A stretch of DNA of 64,000 nt from Planctomycetes bacterium UBA1146 (GTDB taxonomy: Bacteria > Planctomycetota > UBA8108 > UBA1146), in assembly GCA_002311345.1 (NCBI GenBank), contig DCAA01000026.1, positions 214,829-278,828 of the forward strand. The letters are read 5' to 3'. A program made the translations under genes and the position numbers. This document shows positions 30,238-41,423 of this stretch, piece after piece. Position 1 is the stretch's first letter, and the number at the start of each line of letters is the position of its first letter. Under the pieces are notes generated by a model, which worked only from the letters and a program-made list of their open reading frames with translations, had not been told where the DNA came from and made no database searches.

Positions 30238-30864
30238 CTAGTTGATCTTCTCGTACTCGGAAATGGTGTCCTTGGCGATTCGATCCTGATCCTTTTCGTT
30301 GATCGAGTGACCGATTAATTTCTCCGCGATCGTGATCGAGAGATCAACCGCACGTGTATGGATCTCATCGACCGCTTTTTCCTTCGCCTGATCGATCTCG
30401 GACAGAGCGCGAGTCTTGATCTCTTCGGCCTGAGTCTTGGCATCACTGACAACCTGGTCGCGAACAACCTCCGCGTCCCTCTTGCCCTCGGCGACGATTG
30501 CGCTCGCATCTTTTCGAGCCGCAGCAAGGATCTTCTCCTGCTCGGTCTGGAATACCTGTTGTTCCTCACGCATACGATCCGCAGCCTCGAGAGACTCACG
30601 GATTTTCTGCTCTCGTTCGTCGAGCGCGGTCAAGATCGGACCCCATGCCTTCTTCTTCAGGATCCAGAAGGCGAGCAAGAAAACCACCACCGTGTAGATG
30701 AAGGTCTCGGTGTCAGGATCCAGCAATCCCTTTCTGGCACCATCGGCTTCATCGGCAGCAAACAACTGCCCCGACGCCATCAAGATGCAACACGGAATCA
30801 AGACCAGCAGGGTCAGGATCGATCGAAAAATGATGAATTTCCTAGCCACCTTCGGCCATCCCAA
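30238..30864 (-). CDS. atpF: Fo ATP synthase b subunit (start uncertain, possibly with N-terminal extension)
   Basis: TM (TFIYTVVVFLLAFWIL) followed by a long charged helix; ORF start overlaps the atpE 3' end, so the true start may be internal. Confidence 0.7.
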   Translation of the reverse strand: MGWPKVARKFIIFRSILTLLVLIPCCILMASGQLFAADEADGARKGLLDPDTETFIYTVVVFLLAFWILKKKAWGPILTALDEREQKIRESLEAADRMREEQQVFQTEQEKILAAARKDASAIVAEGKRDAEVVRDQVVSDAKTQAEEIKTRALSEIDQAKEKAVDEIHTRAVDLSITIAEKLIGHSINEKDQDRIAKDTISEYEKIN

Positions 30865-31135
30865 TGATCGAGTTGTAGATCATGAAACAGAACACCACTG
30901 CAAAGAGAGCAACACCTTCGACAAGTGCTGCAGTCAGAAGCATCGTTCCTCGAACATCACCAGAAGCCTCCGGCTGACGAGCGATCGCTTCACAAGCAGA
31001 ACCACCGATTCCTCCGATTCCGATTCCCGCACCGACAGCAGCCAGACCGGCACCGATCCCGGCTCCCATGATGCCGTTGGTAACAAAACTGCTGTCAGCA
31101 GCCGCCAGGCTCAGGAGCCCCATGAGCATTTCCAT
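30842..31135 (-). CDS. atpE: Fo ATP synthase c subunit
   Basis: Gly-rich TM1 (GAGIGIGGIGG), loop ARQPE, TM2 with conserved carboxylate (LVEGVALFAVV). Confidence 0.8.
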   Translation of the reverse strand: MEMLMGLLSLAAADSSFVTNGIMGAGIGAGLAAVGAGIGIGGIGGSACEAIARQPEASGDVRGTMLLTAALVEGVALFAVVFCFMIYNSIIGMAEGG

Positions 31136-31196
31136 CGCAAATCCCTTTCACATGCCCGCCCTTGAGCGGATCCCCGTTTCTATGCCCCCTGGGGGC

Positions 31197-31973
31197 CTAG
31201 TGTTCTGGATGTATCGCCAACGACAGAAAAACTGTCGTCAAAAACGCAAAGATGTAAGCCTGGATACCGGCCACCAGCAATTCCAGAAACATCAGCAAGA
31301 CGCAACTTGCCAGAGAAATCACTGTGATGGTCGTCCCCAGGAAAAAACTCTCGGCAGATAGGATCCCGGCGAATCCCAGGATCACCGCCAGCATGATGTG
31401 TCCACCAACCATGTTCGCAAACAGTCGGATGGCAAGCGCGCAGGGTCTGATGATCTGACTGAGAATCTCGATCGGGATCATCATGGGCCACAGCAGTGCG
31501 GGCCCCACCAGCAGGCTATCCTTCAGATACTTGACGAGTCCGTTTCTCTTGACGCCAACTGCGTGGTAGGTGACAAACGCGATCAGAGCCAGCCCAGCGG
31601 TCACACTGATGTTGCTGGTTGCAGTTGCAGACCCCGGAACCAGACCCAACAGATTGCAGAAGAGTACGAAGAAGAAGAAGGTCCAGATCAATGGCACGAA
31701 CTTGCGAGTGTCATCACCGAGAAAAGGCTCGACCATCTGGTCACGAATGTAGATGAGAATCACTTCGAACAGTCCAGTGAACCTACCGCCAGGGGCACCG
31801 CCAGCTATTCTCTTGGCCACCATCGGAAATACGATCAAACACAGTGCCGCAGCCAGGACGAGAAACAGTACGTGACGGGTGATCTGGAGATTTTCTGTGA
31901 GCCAGTAGAGATCGTGGTCGAGTACGTGACCCAGAGGATCGCTACTAGCAAGAGTCACCAGGAACCCGGTCAT
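31197..31973 (-). CDS. atpB: Fo ATP synthase a subunit
   Basis: 258-aa polytopic protein with conserved a-subunit Arg region (…LAIRLFANMVGGH…). Confidence 0.9.
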   Translation of the reverse strand: MTGFLVTLASSDPLGHVLDHDLYWLTENLQITRHVLFLVLAAALCLIVFPMVAKRIAGGAPGGRFTGLFEVILIYIRDQMVEPFLGDDTRKFVPLIWTFFFFVLFCNLLGLVPGSATATSNISVTAGLALIAFVTYHAVGVKRNGLVKYLKDSLLVGPALLWPMMIPIEILSQIIRPCALAIRLFANMVGGHIMLAVILGFAGILSAESFFLGTTITVISLASCVLLMFLELLVAGIQAYIFAFLTTVFLSLAIHPEH

Positions 31974-32455
31974 TTACCAGCCTCTTCTTCGGCCCCTTCT
32001 GGGCTCATCGGATCGGTTTGCTCCGCTTCGGGAGTTCTCTCGAGACGCGTGACTTCGCTGGCCGGAGCCAGGTCACCCCTTTTCAGCGCCTGATTGAGAG
32101 TCACAATCTCGACACCAAGCACCAGCAAGTAGAGGAGCGTGGTGGTCAACAACGCTCTTTGACTCCACTGACCTCCTGCAACGGCATATACCAGCCCCAT
32201 ACTCGCAAACAGGACCAGCGCTCGTTGCAGCACACCCTTGAGCAACTCACCGCTCATCTTCTGAGGATCACAGGTCAGAGCAGCTCGCATACTCCGAAAA
32301 CCGAGAAGTCCCAACCCCACGGCCCAGAGAACTCCCCAGACCAGACACAGTAATCCTTCTCGACCCCATTGCTCACGTACGAACAACGCCGAGATACCAC
32401 CTGCGACCAACACGACTCCACAAATGCGATAGAGGAACAGTCGAGAGAGGCTCAT
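31970..32455 (-). CDS. atpI: AtpI-like ATP synthase-associated membrane protein
   Basis: Four-TM 161-aa protein immediately upstream of atpB, 4-nt overlap. Confidence 0.5.
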   Translation of the reverse strand: MSLSRLFLYRICGVVLVAGGISALFVREQWGREGLLCLVWGVLWAVGLGLLGFRSMRAALTCDPQKMSGELLKGVLQRALVLFASMGLVYAVAGGQWSQRALLTTTLLYLLVLGVEIVTLNQALKRGDLAPASEVTRLERTPEAEQTDPMSPEGAEEEAGK

Positions 32456-32814
32456 TCGGTCGCCTCTCCTGATTTTTTGTCCTCCGAATCGCGGGTCGGA
32501 TCTTCACTCGAAGTCGCCTCCGAGGTCCGGCTGTCAGTACCTTCTCGCAGCAGGATCTTCACCATCGCGACGAGCGCCAGTCCGATGCCACCGAGGGTTC
32601 CCCAGGGTGAACTTCCGAACTTGCCATCCAGCCAGTACCCACCGAGTGCTAGCGCGACAAACGTGATGACAACCTGGAAACCGAGAGTCGAAAGACGGAT
32701 GTAAGCCGCCGACTTCGCTGGATCCCCATCTCGATCGGAATCGGAGCTGCCTCTTCTCGTCACGTCACTCCTGACCTGTTTCTCGGTAAGGTGCTGGAAC
32801 GTAGTGATCGACAT
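32452..32814 (-). CDS. atpZ: AtpZ-like putative F0F1-ATPase-associated small membrane protein (ATPase_gene1 family)
   Basis: …LSTLGFQVVITFVALALGGYWLDGKFGSSPWGTLGGIGLALV… motif; first gene of the atp operon. Confidence 0.55.
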   Translation of the reverse strand: MSITTFQHLTEKQVRSDVTRRGSSDSDRDGDPAKSAAYIRLSTLGFQVVITFVALALGGYWLDGKFGSSPWGTLGGIGLALVAMVKILLREGTDSRTSEATSSEDPTRDSEDKKSGEATE

Positions 32815-32952
32815 CGCAGCAAGATGGGAAAAGTACCAACGGCCCTGTGAGAGGTCAAGGAAATCGGCCCCTCACAGAAGGCAGAAGACCGTTGTATTGG
32901 CGTGTTTCAGGGCCATCGAAAAGCGGATTCTGGACCTTCATCTACGGTCCCA

Positions 32953-35823
32953 TCAACCCCCACCGTCATCGTCTTCGGACGCTTTATCTCCCAGAGCATC
33001 GAGAACCTGCCGCGGGCGTACCGCCGCTGGCTCGAGTCTCAGAGCCCTGCGAGCTATCTTGCGTGCCTCGTCATCTTCTCCCAGTTTCCACAACACCCAG
33101 GAGAGATCCGGGTAGATCTGGCCGAGTTTCGGCGAAGACGCACTCAGTCGCGCTTCCAGTTCTGTCTTGGCCTTTCCCCACGCCTCGATTCCGATATAAC
33201 CCAGCGCCAGTAATTCATGCCCCTTTTCGTTGTATGGATCGATGAACGGAAGATCCCAGGCAACATCAACGACCCCTGCCCAGTCACCCTTATTGGCCAG
33301 GCTCTCCGACACCAACAAACGGGTGCGTGCGTCAGACCGATCGTAGAGAGCCTGTGATCGCAACGATTCGACGGCGTCATCATCGAGCCCGAGATCCCTC
33401 TGGATGGTAGCCAGTTCCACCCACGGACTGCGCCCCCCGACCGGCGAGGCCGTCCCCGATGGAGCCATCGTGGTCGCCTCGAGGTACAGTTTCAACGCCT
33501 CCTCGTTCTTTCCTTGCTCGCGCAAAGTTTTCGCCAGCAGTAAACGACTACGCCATGCCCAGATGGTGTCGCCCGCGATTGCACCTCGCAGTGATTCTTG
33601 TGCGGATGAGACCAGCCCATCGGCCATCTCCATCAAACCACGAATCGCCAGAAGGTCCGGATTATCCTCATCGATCTTTTCTGCCTTACCCAGGGTAAGT
33701 TCGGCATCCGCCTTGCGCCCGGATGCCAGGTATGCTGCCGCAAGCCAGACCCACACACGAACATCACCAGGCCGAACCACGGTTCGCTCACGCAGATAAT
33801 CGATGTGTCGTTGCTGAAAACTGGGTCCTATTCCTGCATCTGCGACTCTGGCACTCATCCACTCGAGAAATTCCTTGTCGAATTGGCCGGCGGACTTCCC
33901 CAGAACTTCCTTGAGGACCTGAAGGGTAGTTTGCCCTCTCGAATACGCATCGAGCATCTTGCGAATCGAACCGAGACCCTTTGTTTCGACAATCCATTCG
34001 CAGATCAAACCCGACTGAACGTAGCCGACCAGAATCTCTCCTCGCCAACGAGGATTGGTGAAGGCTCCCTGCAAATCCTCGATGCTACGAAACCCACCCC
34101 CGTGAAACTCGGACGAAACCAATAACGGTTCAGACCTCTTCCAGCGAGGTTCGGTTCTTCCTTCCTCCAGTACAGAAAGTCCTTCACCGAACCAACGGGG
34201 GATTCTGTGTTTGGCTTTTTGCAGAGTCGCAACATGCGCGAGCTCATGAACAGCAACAGCGCCCCAATTTCCAGGAATCGCACGAGGAGTGGTGAGAGTA
34301 ACCAGGTGACCGAAACAAACCCCACTTGCAGCGAGACCAGGCAATCCTATTGAACGTGCGGAAAAATAAGCATGATCAGAGAAGTCTTCTACGGTGAGTG
34401 GCCGTAACATCGCCAGCTGGTAATCGCGTTCCAGCATCGTCCTGGTATCTGTCAGCAACGGACGCAGATAAGGCATCAACCATGGCTTCTCATCGGTTCG
34501 CATCCGGATGATGAGACCGTCCTCTTCGGTGGTCGTGAATTTTTCATCGATGTGTTCCATGAGCGTTCGCGTGTTCTTGATCCAGACATTGAACCTGTCT
34601 CGCGCCCACGCCTCGTCCAACACCTCCCGCCCCTTCTTTTCCCATCCACTCCGAAGTGCGTTGATGGCGAAAACGGCATAGGCCCTGAAAAGTCCCTCAT
34701 CGAGTTCCATCGCTTTCAGAGCATGCTCTGCCGATTCCCGGTAAAAGAAACGATCGACCAGTCTCTCGGCCAGAGTGACATGGAAGACTGCCGGTGCAGG
34801 GTGGGAAGCCTCCACTTTCTGTTGCAACTCCTCGAACTCCTCGATACGTGCCATCGACCACAATATTGCTGCCAGCAACCCCTGAGCTTTCTGGTTACCC
34901 GGGTCCTGTTGCAGGACCTCCTTGTAGATCTTCTCGGCACGCGCCCAATCTTCACCGGCAAAGGCGATGTCTCCTTGTAGCAACAACAACTCGGGGTACT
35001 TTTCCCAGATGAATTGTGCCCTGCTGGTCAGTTGCTGAACTTCCTTGCCACGATCTCCCGGAAAACGAAAGTCCGCCCATGTCGCTCGCGCGAGACCAAC
35101 GAGCGCTTCCGCACTATTTGGATTTCGTTCGATAGCATCTTTGAAGTGGCTGCGGGCATCGGGATAGTTGTACTTGTTGAAGAGCGCCCAACCGCTCGCT
35201 ACGTGGGCCGCCACCGATTGCTTATCGATGTCGAGAGCACTGTCATACATCACTTCATAGGCATCTCGAAATCTCTCCATCCCTTCACACGCTTTCCCGA
35301 ACCATACGAATTGCTCGGGGGCGAGACGCTCCGCTTCTTCCGGTGACATTTTCCTGTAGATGTCGATGGCCTTGCGAAGGAGCAGTTGACCTTCAGATCG
35401 TTTCCCCTGGTCGATCCTCAGCAAACCAAGTCGGCACATCGCTTCGATGTGCTCTGGAGATGTCTCGAGAACTATTGCCAACTTCTGGGCAGCTGCTTGA
35501 TCACGACCCAGTTCCATCTCGATTCCTGCAGTCGCAGTGAGAAGTTCGGGATCTCCAGCAGCGAAACGTGGATGATTTTCTAGACTCTTCAGAGCATCTG
35601 CCGAGCGACCTGTTTCTCGAAATAACCGGGCTTCAAGAAGCGGATAGTTACCCGGTTCCTCTTCGACCCATTCTGTCGCTTCCTGATATTCACCCGTCTC
35701 GATGAGAAGCCTGAGTTCTTCCCGCCCGTCGCTTTCCTGGCCATCGACAACCCCGGACACCGACAAGATCTGCAACAAGAACAGGCAGATCAACAACTGG
35801 GGGGCAATCCGACGATCAGACAA
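32953..35823 (-). CDS. Secreted TPR-repeat protein with embedded HExxH zinc-metallopeptidase-like (MA-clan) domain
   Basis: Signal peptide; many TPR-like helical repeats; VAVHELAHVATLQ…WFGEGLSVLEE (HExxH plus downstream Glu). Confidence 0.7.
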   Translation of the reverse strand: MSDRRIAPQLLICLFLLQILSVSGVVDGQESDGREELRLLIETGEYQEATEWVEEEPGNYPLLEARLFRETGRSADALKSLENHPRFAAGDPELLTATAGIEMELGRDQAAAQKLAIVLETSPEHIEAMCRLGLLRIDQGKRSEGQLLLRKAIDIYRKMSPEEAERLAPEQFVWFGKACEGMERFRDAYEVMYDSALDIDKQSVAAHVASGWALFNKYNYPDARSHFKDAIERNPNSAEALVGLARATWADFRFPGDRGKEVQQLTSRAQFIWEKYPELLLLQGDIAFAGEDWARAEKIYKEVLQQDPGNQKAQGLLAAILWSMARIEEFEELQQKVEASHPAPAVFHVTLAERLVDRFFYRESAEHALKAMELDEGLFRAYAVFAINALRSGWEKKGREVLDEAWARDRFNVWIKNTRTLMEHIDEKFTTTEEDGLIIRMRTDEKPWLMPYLRPLLTDTRTMLERDYQLAMLRPLTVEDFSDHAYFSARSIGLPGLAASGVCFGHLVTLTTPRAIPGNWGAVAVHELAHVATLQKAKHRIPRWFGEGLSVLEEGRTEPRWKRSEPLLVSSEFHGGGFRSIEDLQGAFTNPRWRGEILVGYVQSGLICEWIVETKGLGSIRKMLDAYSRGQTTLQVLKEVLGKSAGQFDKEFLEWMSARVADAGIGPSFQQRHIDYLRERTVVRPGDVRVWVWLAAAYLASGRKADAELTLGKAEKIDEDNPDLLAIRGLMEMADGLVSSAQESLRGAIAGDTIWAWRSRLLLAKTLREQGKNEEALKLYLEATTMAPSGTASPVGGRSPWVELATIQRDLGLDDDAVESLRSQALYDRSDARTRLLVSESLANKGDWAGVVDVAWDLPFIDPYNEKGHELLALGYIGIEAWGKAKTELEARLSASSPKLGQIYPDLSWVLWKLGEDDEARKIARRALRLEPAAVRPRQVLDALGDKASEDDDGGG

Positions 35824-36041
35824 CGCTATGGTCTCCTGGCTGCGGGAATCATGAAACGACCTCTGAAGGCGACGATGAGCAGCATCCTACACGAGGGGCC
35901 GTTGCGGATCATTATTCACCATCCCCGGATATCCCGGTAAGCAGCCCTGGAGCGCCGATTTGTCGTCATCCGCCTCATCATCCTAGACTCCTATGACGGC
36001 ATCGGCCGTCCAGGGATTGGATTTCCGGAGGGAGTGTCGGC

Positions 36042-38507
36042 GTGGCTGTAAAGTTCACCGAAAAAGCCGAAAAAGTGCTGCAACTGGCGCAAAGCGACGC
36101 GAAACGTCTCGGACACGGCTACATCGGAACCGAGCACATTCTCTGGGCCTTGCTCCATCAGCCGGATTCGGTCGCCGTGCAGGCAATCTTACGTTGCGAT
36201 CGCACCGTCGAGGAACTCCTGAGTTCGCTTCGAGAAAGTCTCGGACGAATTCCATGCAGTTCTGGCCCGACGGATAACGACGCTCCTTATACCCCACATG
36301 CCAAGCGAAGCCTCGAACTCGCCCGTGAGCAAGCCGTCCTGCTAGACCAGTACTACATCGGCACAGAACACCTCTTGATCGGCCTCAGCAAAGAGGAAGA
36401 AGGAGAAGCCTCTCGAATCCTCGCCGAGAGAGATCTCGGTAAAGACCGACTGCAGAATGTGATTCAAAGAATGCTGGGAGGCGATGTGGATCAATCGCAG
36501 GGAAGCACCGTGAAGCGTACTGGGATTGCAACGCCAACCCTTGACTCCAATGGAGTCGATCTGACCCATCTTGCATCTCAGAACAGACTGGACCCCGTCA
36601 TCGGGCGAAAAAAAGAGATCACTCGGGTCATCCAGATCCTGTCCAGAAAAACGAAGAACAACCCCGTAGTTATAGGGGAGCCAGGTGTCGGAAAAACCGC
36701 GATCGTCGAAGGACTTGCCCAGAAGATCGCCGATGGTGCTGTACCGGAACTTCTCGCGCGCAAACGAGTCGTATCTCTTGATCTTGCATCATTGCTGGCG
36801 GGCACCAAATACCGCGGTGAATTCGAAAAACGCATCAAGGCGATCATCAAGGAGATCTCCGAATCAGGGAACGTCATCCTGTTCATCGATGAACTCCACA
36901 CCATCATGGGAGCTGGAGCTTCTGAATCGAGCCTGGATGCCTCGAACATCCTCAAGCCTGCTCTGTCTCGCGGTGAGATCCAGTGCATCGGTGCCACGAC
37001 CCTCGATGAATATCGCAAGCACATCGAGAAGGATGGAGCGATGGAGCGTCGTTTCCAGCCGATCATCGTGGACCCTCCAAGCAGGACCGATGCCCTGGAG
37101 ATCCTGGTTGGACTCCGCGACACATTCGAAGCTCACCACAGGGTCCAGATCACCGACTGCGCTCTGGATGCAAGCGTCGATCTCGCCATTCGATACATCT
37201 CGAATCGGTTTCTCCCTGACAAGGCCATCGATGTTCTCGATGAGGCCTGTGCTTGCGAACGCCTGCGGAAGACAACCCGTCCTCCCGATCTCACCGAGAT
37301 CGAAGAAGAAATCGATCAACTGCTGCGCGAGAAAAACGAAGCCGTGTTTTCACAGGACTTCGAACTCGCTGCTGAAATCCGGGACAGCCTCGAGAATCGC
37401 AAGAACAGCAAGGAGCAGATGATCCTCGAGTGGAAAGCAAGTACCAAGGAAGTCGATGGGATGGTTGATGCTTCCAACATCGCCGCCACCGTCTCCGAGA
37501 TGACTGGAATCCCGATTCAAAACCTCCAGGAAGAGGAAGCCGACCGGCTCAAGAAGATGGAAGAATCAATCCATCTCGATGTTGTGAGCCAGGACCATGC
37601 GATCAATTCCATCAGCCGAGCCACGCGCCGTGCACGTGCAGGACTTCGTGATCCGCAAAGACCGATGGGATCCTTCATCTTCGTTGGACCCACCGGTGTT
37701 GGAAAAACACTGTTGGCGAAGTCTCTCGCCAAATTCCTCTTCGGTACCGAAGATGCACTGCTCTCGATAGACATGTCCGAATACTCCGAAAAACACTCGG
37801 TATCACGCCTGATCGGATCTCCTCCTGGATACATCGGATACGATGAGGGGGGACTTCTGACGGAAAAAGTGCGCCGCAAACCCTACATGGTGGTTCTCTT
37901 CGATGAGATCGAAAAGGCCCACCTGGACATCTCGAACACTCTCCTGCAGGTACTCGAAGAAGGACGTCTCACCGATGCGTTCGGGCGCAAAGTCGATTTC
38001 AGGAACACCATCGTCATCTTCACCTCCAATCTGGGTGTGAAGGAGTCGATGAACAGTTCTTCTCTCGGCTTCGGAGATTCTGACGAATCCGAGAAAAAAG
38101 GGTCCTACAACAAGGCGATCATGGAAACCGTGAAAAACTACTTCCGTCCCGAATTCCTGAATCGTGTCGACGAAGTGGTCATGTTCGAAGAACTCAATGA
38201 AACAGACATGATCAAGATCCTCGATCTAGAAGTCTCCAAACTGGAGAAGCGGGTCAGGGGATTGAACCTGTCAATTCAGATCGATGACGATGCGAAACTG
38301 CTCCTGGTCCGTGAAGGTGCGACTCCTGATACAGGAGCTCGAGGACTACGCCGTGTTCTGGAAGATCATCTCCAGGACAAAATTGCGGACCTGATCCTCG
38401 ACGGAAAACTGTTCAATGGAGGAAACGTCAAGGTATCTGTCGACCCTGACAAAAATCTGAACATCGTCGTCGAGCAGCAAGACACTGTCCCTCAGACCGA
38501 ACAGTGA
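36042..38507 (+). CDS. clpC: ATP-dependent Clp protease ATP-binding subunit ClpC (GTG start)
   Basis: Two Clp_N repeats, AAA1 (GEPGVGKT), UVR-like linker, AAA2 (GPTGVGKT), 821 aa. Confidence 0.9.
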   Translation: MAVKFTEKAEKVLQLAQSDAKRLGHGYIGTEHILWALLHQPDSVAVQAILRCDRTVEELLSSLRESLGRIPCSSGPTDNDAPYTPHAKRSLELAREQAVLLDQYYIGTEHLLIGLSKEEEGEASRILAERDLGKDRLQNVIQRMLGGDVDQSQGSTVKRTGIATPTLDSNGVDLTHLASQNRLDPVIGRKKEITRVIQILSRKTKNNPVVIGEPGVGKTAIVEGLAQKIADGAVPELLARKRVVSLDLASLLAGTKYRGEFEKRIKAIIKEISESGNVILFIDELHTIMGAGASESSLDASNILKPALSRGEIQCIGATTLDEYRKHIEKDGAMERRFQPIIVDPPSRTDALEILVGLRDTFEAHHRVQITDCALDASVDLAIRYISNRFLPDKAIDVLDEACACERLRKTTRPPDLTEIEEEIDQLLREKNEAVFSQDFELAAEIRDSLENRKNSKEQMILEWKASTKEVDGMVDASNIAATVSEMTGIPIQNLQEEEADRLKKMEESIHLDVVSQDHAINSISRATRRARAGLRDPQRPMGSFIFVGPTGVGKTLLAKSLAKFLFGTEDALLSIDMSEYSEKHSVSRLIGSPPGYIGYDEGGLLTEKVRRKPYMVVLFDEIEKAHLDISNTLLQVLEEGRLTDAFGRKVDFRNTIVIFTSNLGVKESMNSSSLGFGDSDESEKKGSYNKAIMETVKNYFRPEFLNRVDEVVMFEELNETDMIKILDLEVSKLEKRVRGLNLSIQIDDDAKLLLVREGATPDTGARGLRRVLEDHLQDKIADLILDGKLFNGGNVKVSVDPDKNLNIVVEQQDTVPQTEQ

Positions 38508-38509
38508 AA

Positions 38510-38545
38510 AACGAGCACCCCACCAGATTTGTGGGTGCTCAGCTG
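38510..38545 (+). terminator. Possible intrinsic terminator after clpC (hairpin, weak U-tract)
   Basis: GAGCACCCCAC…GTGGGTGCTC imperfect inverted repeat directly after the clpC stop. Confidence 0.3.
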
Positions 38546-38592
38546 TAAGGATCCACGGATCTTTGTTGTTCCAGACCAACTGACGAGGAGGA

Positions 38593-38916
38593 GTGATGGA
38601 ATCGATGGAGTGCCCCCACTGCGGCGCTCTCGTTCCTTCTCACAGGATCTGTTGCGCCGGCTGTGGCAGTGACCTGGAAACCGGCTGGATGGATCCTGAA
38701 CAGATCGACTATAAGTCCCTCGACCTTCCTGAAGATGAACTCCCTTCCACTCCAGATAATGAACCAGGTCAGGCGATATCCCAATCAGTGGTAGTCCTGC
38801 TGGCTCTTTTCATCGCGGCCCCCCTGTCCTTCTTCATGTTCGATAACATCGCCCAGATTGTGGGAGTGTGGGTGATCCTGGGGCTTCTCATGGGGATCAA
38901 GAAGTCACGGGACTAG
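38593..38916 (+). CDS. Small zinc-ribbon plus two-TM membrane protein, hypothetical
   Basis: CPHCG…CAGCG zinc-ribbon motif then hydrophobic C-terminus; 107 aa. Confidence 0.5.
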   Translation: MMESMECPHCGALVPSHRICCAGCGSDLETGWMDPEQIDYKSLDLPEDELPSTPDNEPGQAISQSVVVLLALFIAAPLSFFMFDNIAQIVGVWVILGLLMGIKKSRD

Positions 38917-39846
38917 GTCAGCTGCTCGATCTGGGCCATGCCTACCCCCCTGTGTACCTCTCCAGGCAACGGCCACGATCCCGCAGACAACCAGTGGACT
39001 GCCGATCCAGAACACATCGGGAGGTGTCTCCCCCAACATCATCCAGACCAGCAAAGGAGCACCAGCCACCTCACCGAGGAATGCCGTGGAAACCACCGAT
39101 GGAGGCAGATAATTCAAGGCAGCATTGAGAGGAGTGTGCCCCAACAAGGTCGGAAAGAGAGCCAGCAGAAGCGCAAGGGACCATTCCTTGCCACTCTCGG
39201 GTGCATGCAGTTCTCCGGTCGTCAACAGGTACGCCGTCAAGAGCAAAGCAGCTACTCCGTATGCACGACAGGTGTAAATCGAAGTGGGAAGATCACGGCT
39301 GGCCGCCCTGCCCGCGAAGATGTATCCGACAAAGGCAAAGGAACCGATCAGCGCGAGAACGACACCCAGGGTCGGATCTCTTTGTTCGAAATCGCCAGCA
39401 CCATCACCTGCATTCAGTGCGAGTAGCATGGTCCCCGTCAAGGCGACCATCACTCCAAGAAGGCGTATTCCATCTGCGCGAGCCTGTTTTCGGGCGACTT
39501 CGATGACGTATACGATCACTGGATGGACATAGACCAGTACCACGGAGATCGCCACGGACAGATGGGCCAACGAAGCCATCCACGCACCGAAGTGCACCGC
39601 GAGACAGGCGCCCGAGATGAGAACTGCTCGCCCACTCGTTTTCAGGGCAACTCTATGGCCACCCCTTCTCGACAACATCCACAACACGGGAACTGCGATG
39701 GCGAGTCTACGCAGTGCAAGGTTCACCTCTTCGCTATCAGAGAGACGAATCCACAACGTCGATGTCGAGATCCCGATGATCCCGATGATCAGCAGCCACC
39801 AGACATGGCTCCCTACTGCCTTCAATTTCGGGACTTCCTGGTTCAA
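38905..39846 (-). CDS. EamA/DMT-family permease
   Basis: 10-TM, 313 aa, two EamA-like halves; last gene of the co-directional block. Confidence 0.8.
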   Translation of the reverse strand: MNQEVPKLKAVGSHVWWLLIIGIIGISTSTLWIRLSDSEEVNLALRRLAIAVPVLWMLSRRGGHRVALKTSGRAVLISGACLAVHFGAWMASLAHLSVAISVVLVYVHPVIVYVIEVARKQARADGIRLLGVMVALTGTMLLALNAGDGAGDFEQRDPTLGVVLALIGSFAFVGYIFAGRAASRDLPTSIYTCRAYGVAALLLTAYLLTTGELHAPESGKEWSLALLLALFPTLLGHTPLNAALNYLPPSVVSTAFLGEVAGAPLLVWMMLGETPPDVFWIGSPLVVCGIVAVAWRGTQGGRHGPDRAADLVP

Positions 39847-41423
39847 GAGTTACCGGACTCCTGCCAGTGACCATCGATCCTGCGCATTCCGGATGCTCCC
39901 GTGCGCAACTCATCCGGGAGTGCACCATCGGGGAATCCCTGCCAGCAAACGGGACGCAGGAACCTGTCCATCGCAGCGGAACCTACCGAGGTCCAGCGCG
40001 AATCGGTGGTCGCAGGCCAGGGACCGCCATGTTGCATCGCTTCCCCGACCTCGACCCCGGTGGGGAAGGAGTTGAAGACCAGTCGACCAGCACGGTCCTC
40101 GAGCAGATGCAGAAGGGGCTTCATCTGTGACAGTTCCTCCTCGGACGCGTGTACCGTCGCCGTCAATTGCCCCTCGAGAACTCGTGCAACTTCCAGAAAC
40201 TCCTCAGGAGAATTGCACTCAACAAGCAAGGCTCCCGGCCCGAACACCTCACTCTGCATCGCTGGGTCCGCGATGAAACTGGCGAAGTCTACTCTCAACA
40301 AGGAAGCCCCCGCCGCGCAGGAACCGTCGCCTGGGGGACCTCTTTCAATCACTTCGACCCCGCCTCGGGTAACGAGTTGCTCCACCGCATCGCGATAACC
40401 CTGCTGGATTCCCAGATGGAGCATCGTTCCAGCCGGTTCACTACAGAGCGACTGACTCAGTTCATCCCTGAACGCCGAGGCATTTTCGTCGGATACGATC
40501 ACGACGATCCCGGGACAGGTACAGAACTGTCCAACTCCAAGGCGAACGCTCGCTGCAAGCCCTTCGGCAATCTCCTGACGCCGGGTTTGCATCGCTTCCG
40601 GCAGGACGAAGACAGGATTGGCGCTTCCCATCTCGGCAAATACATCGACGGGAACCTCTCGATCTCTGGCCAATCGCCACAAAGCAATTCCTCCCGCACG
40701 AGAACCGGTGAAGGCGACGGCGCGAATACCCGGGTGCTGAACCAACTGTGTTCCCACATCAAAGGATTCCCCTTGAAGCAGGCTGAACATCCCTGCAGGG
40801 AATCCGACATCGCGAACCGCATCTTGCAATGCCCGACCTACCAGTTCACAAACACCCGGATGGGCCGGATGCCCTTTCGCAACGACAGGACAACCCGCCG
40901 CCCAGGCGCTGGCGGTATCTCCGCCTGCGACTCCGAAAGCCAACGGGAAATTACAGGCGCCAAATACCGCCACGGGACCGATGGCCCGCATCCCGAGGCG
41001 AAGATCCGGCCGAGGGATGGGCTGCCGGTCGGGAAGCGCGGTCTCGATGACGGGCTTCTGAAACGGACCTTCTCGTACCACCGAGGCAAAAAGTCGAAGT
41101 TGATGACAGGTGCGACCCCGCTCACCCTCGAAACGCGCCTGCGGAAGACCGGTTTCCTGCATTCCCCGGGCGGTGATCTCGGAGCCCAACGCTTCGATCC
41201 GTTCGGCAGCGGCTTCCAGTAATCTCGCCCGCTGCTCGGGATCGGACGCTGATCTGCTCTCGTGGACCGAGAGTGCCGCCAAGACAGCAACGTCGATGTT
41301 CTCGGCGGTTGCCTCCGCAAATGTAGGCTCCAGTTCGAGGCCACTGACCGGGTTGATCGCCCGGAGGGTTCCCTCTCCCTCGATCTCCTCACCTGCGATG
41401 AGGTGAACACCCTGGATGCTCAT
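39843..41423 (-). CDS. NAD(P)-dependent aldehyde dehydrogenase (alpha-ketoglutarate-semialdehyde dehydrogenase-like)
   Basis: ALDH family motifs (…FTGSRAGG…, …EMGSANPVFVL…), 526 aa. Confidence 0.85.
   Translation of the reverse strand: MSIQGVHLIAGEEIEGEGTLRAINPVSGLELEPTFAEATAENIDVAVLAALSVHESRSASDPEQRARLLEAAAERIEALGSEITARGMQETGLPQARFEGERGRTCHQLRLFASVVREGPFQKPVIETALPDRQPIPRPDLRLGMRAIGPVAVFGACNFPLAFGVAGGDTASAWAAGCPVVAKGHPAHPGVCELVGRALQDAVRDVGFPAGMFSLLQGESFDVGTQLVQHPGIRAVAFTGSRAGGIALWRLARDREVPVDVFAEMGSANPVFVLPEAMQTRRQEIAEGLAASVRLGVGQFCTCPGIVVIVSDENASAFRDELSQSLCSEPAGTMLHLGIQQGYRDAVEQLVTRGGVEVIERGPPGDGSCAAGASLLRVDFASFIADPAMQSEVFGPGALLVECNSPEEFLEVARVLEGQLTATVHASEEELSQMKPLLHLLEDRAGRLVFNSFPTGVEVGEAMQHGGPWPATTDSRWTSVGSAAMDRFLRPVCWQGFPDGALPDELRTGASGMRRIDGHWQESGNS

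Noticed and set aside
35923-35938. Near-palindrome CCCGGATATCCCGG upstream of clpC as a CtsR/HrcA-like operator
   Set aside because: Only the 8-bp GGATATCC core is truly palindromic. It matches neither the CtsR heptad repeat nor the CIRCE consensus.
36685-37422. 245-aa alternative-frame ORF within clpC
   Set aside because: Overlaps the conserved AAA1 domain of ClpC in another frame; composition is Ser/Arg-rich.
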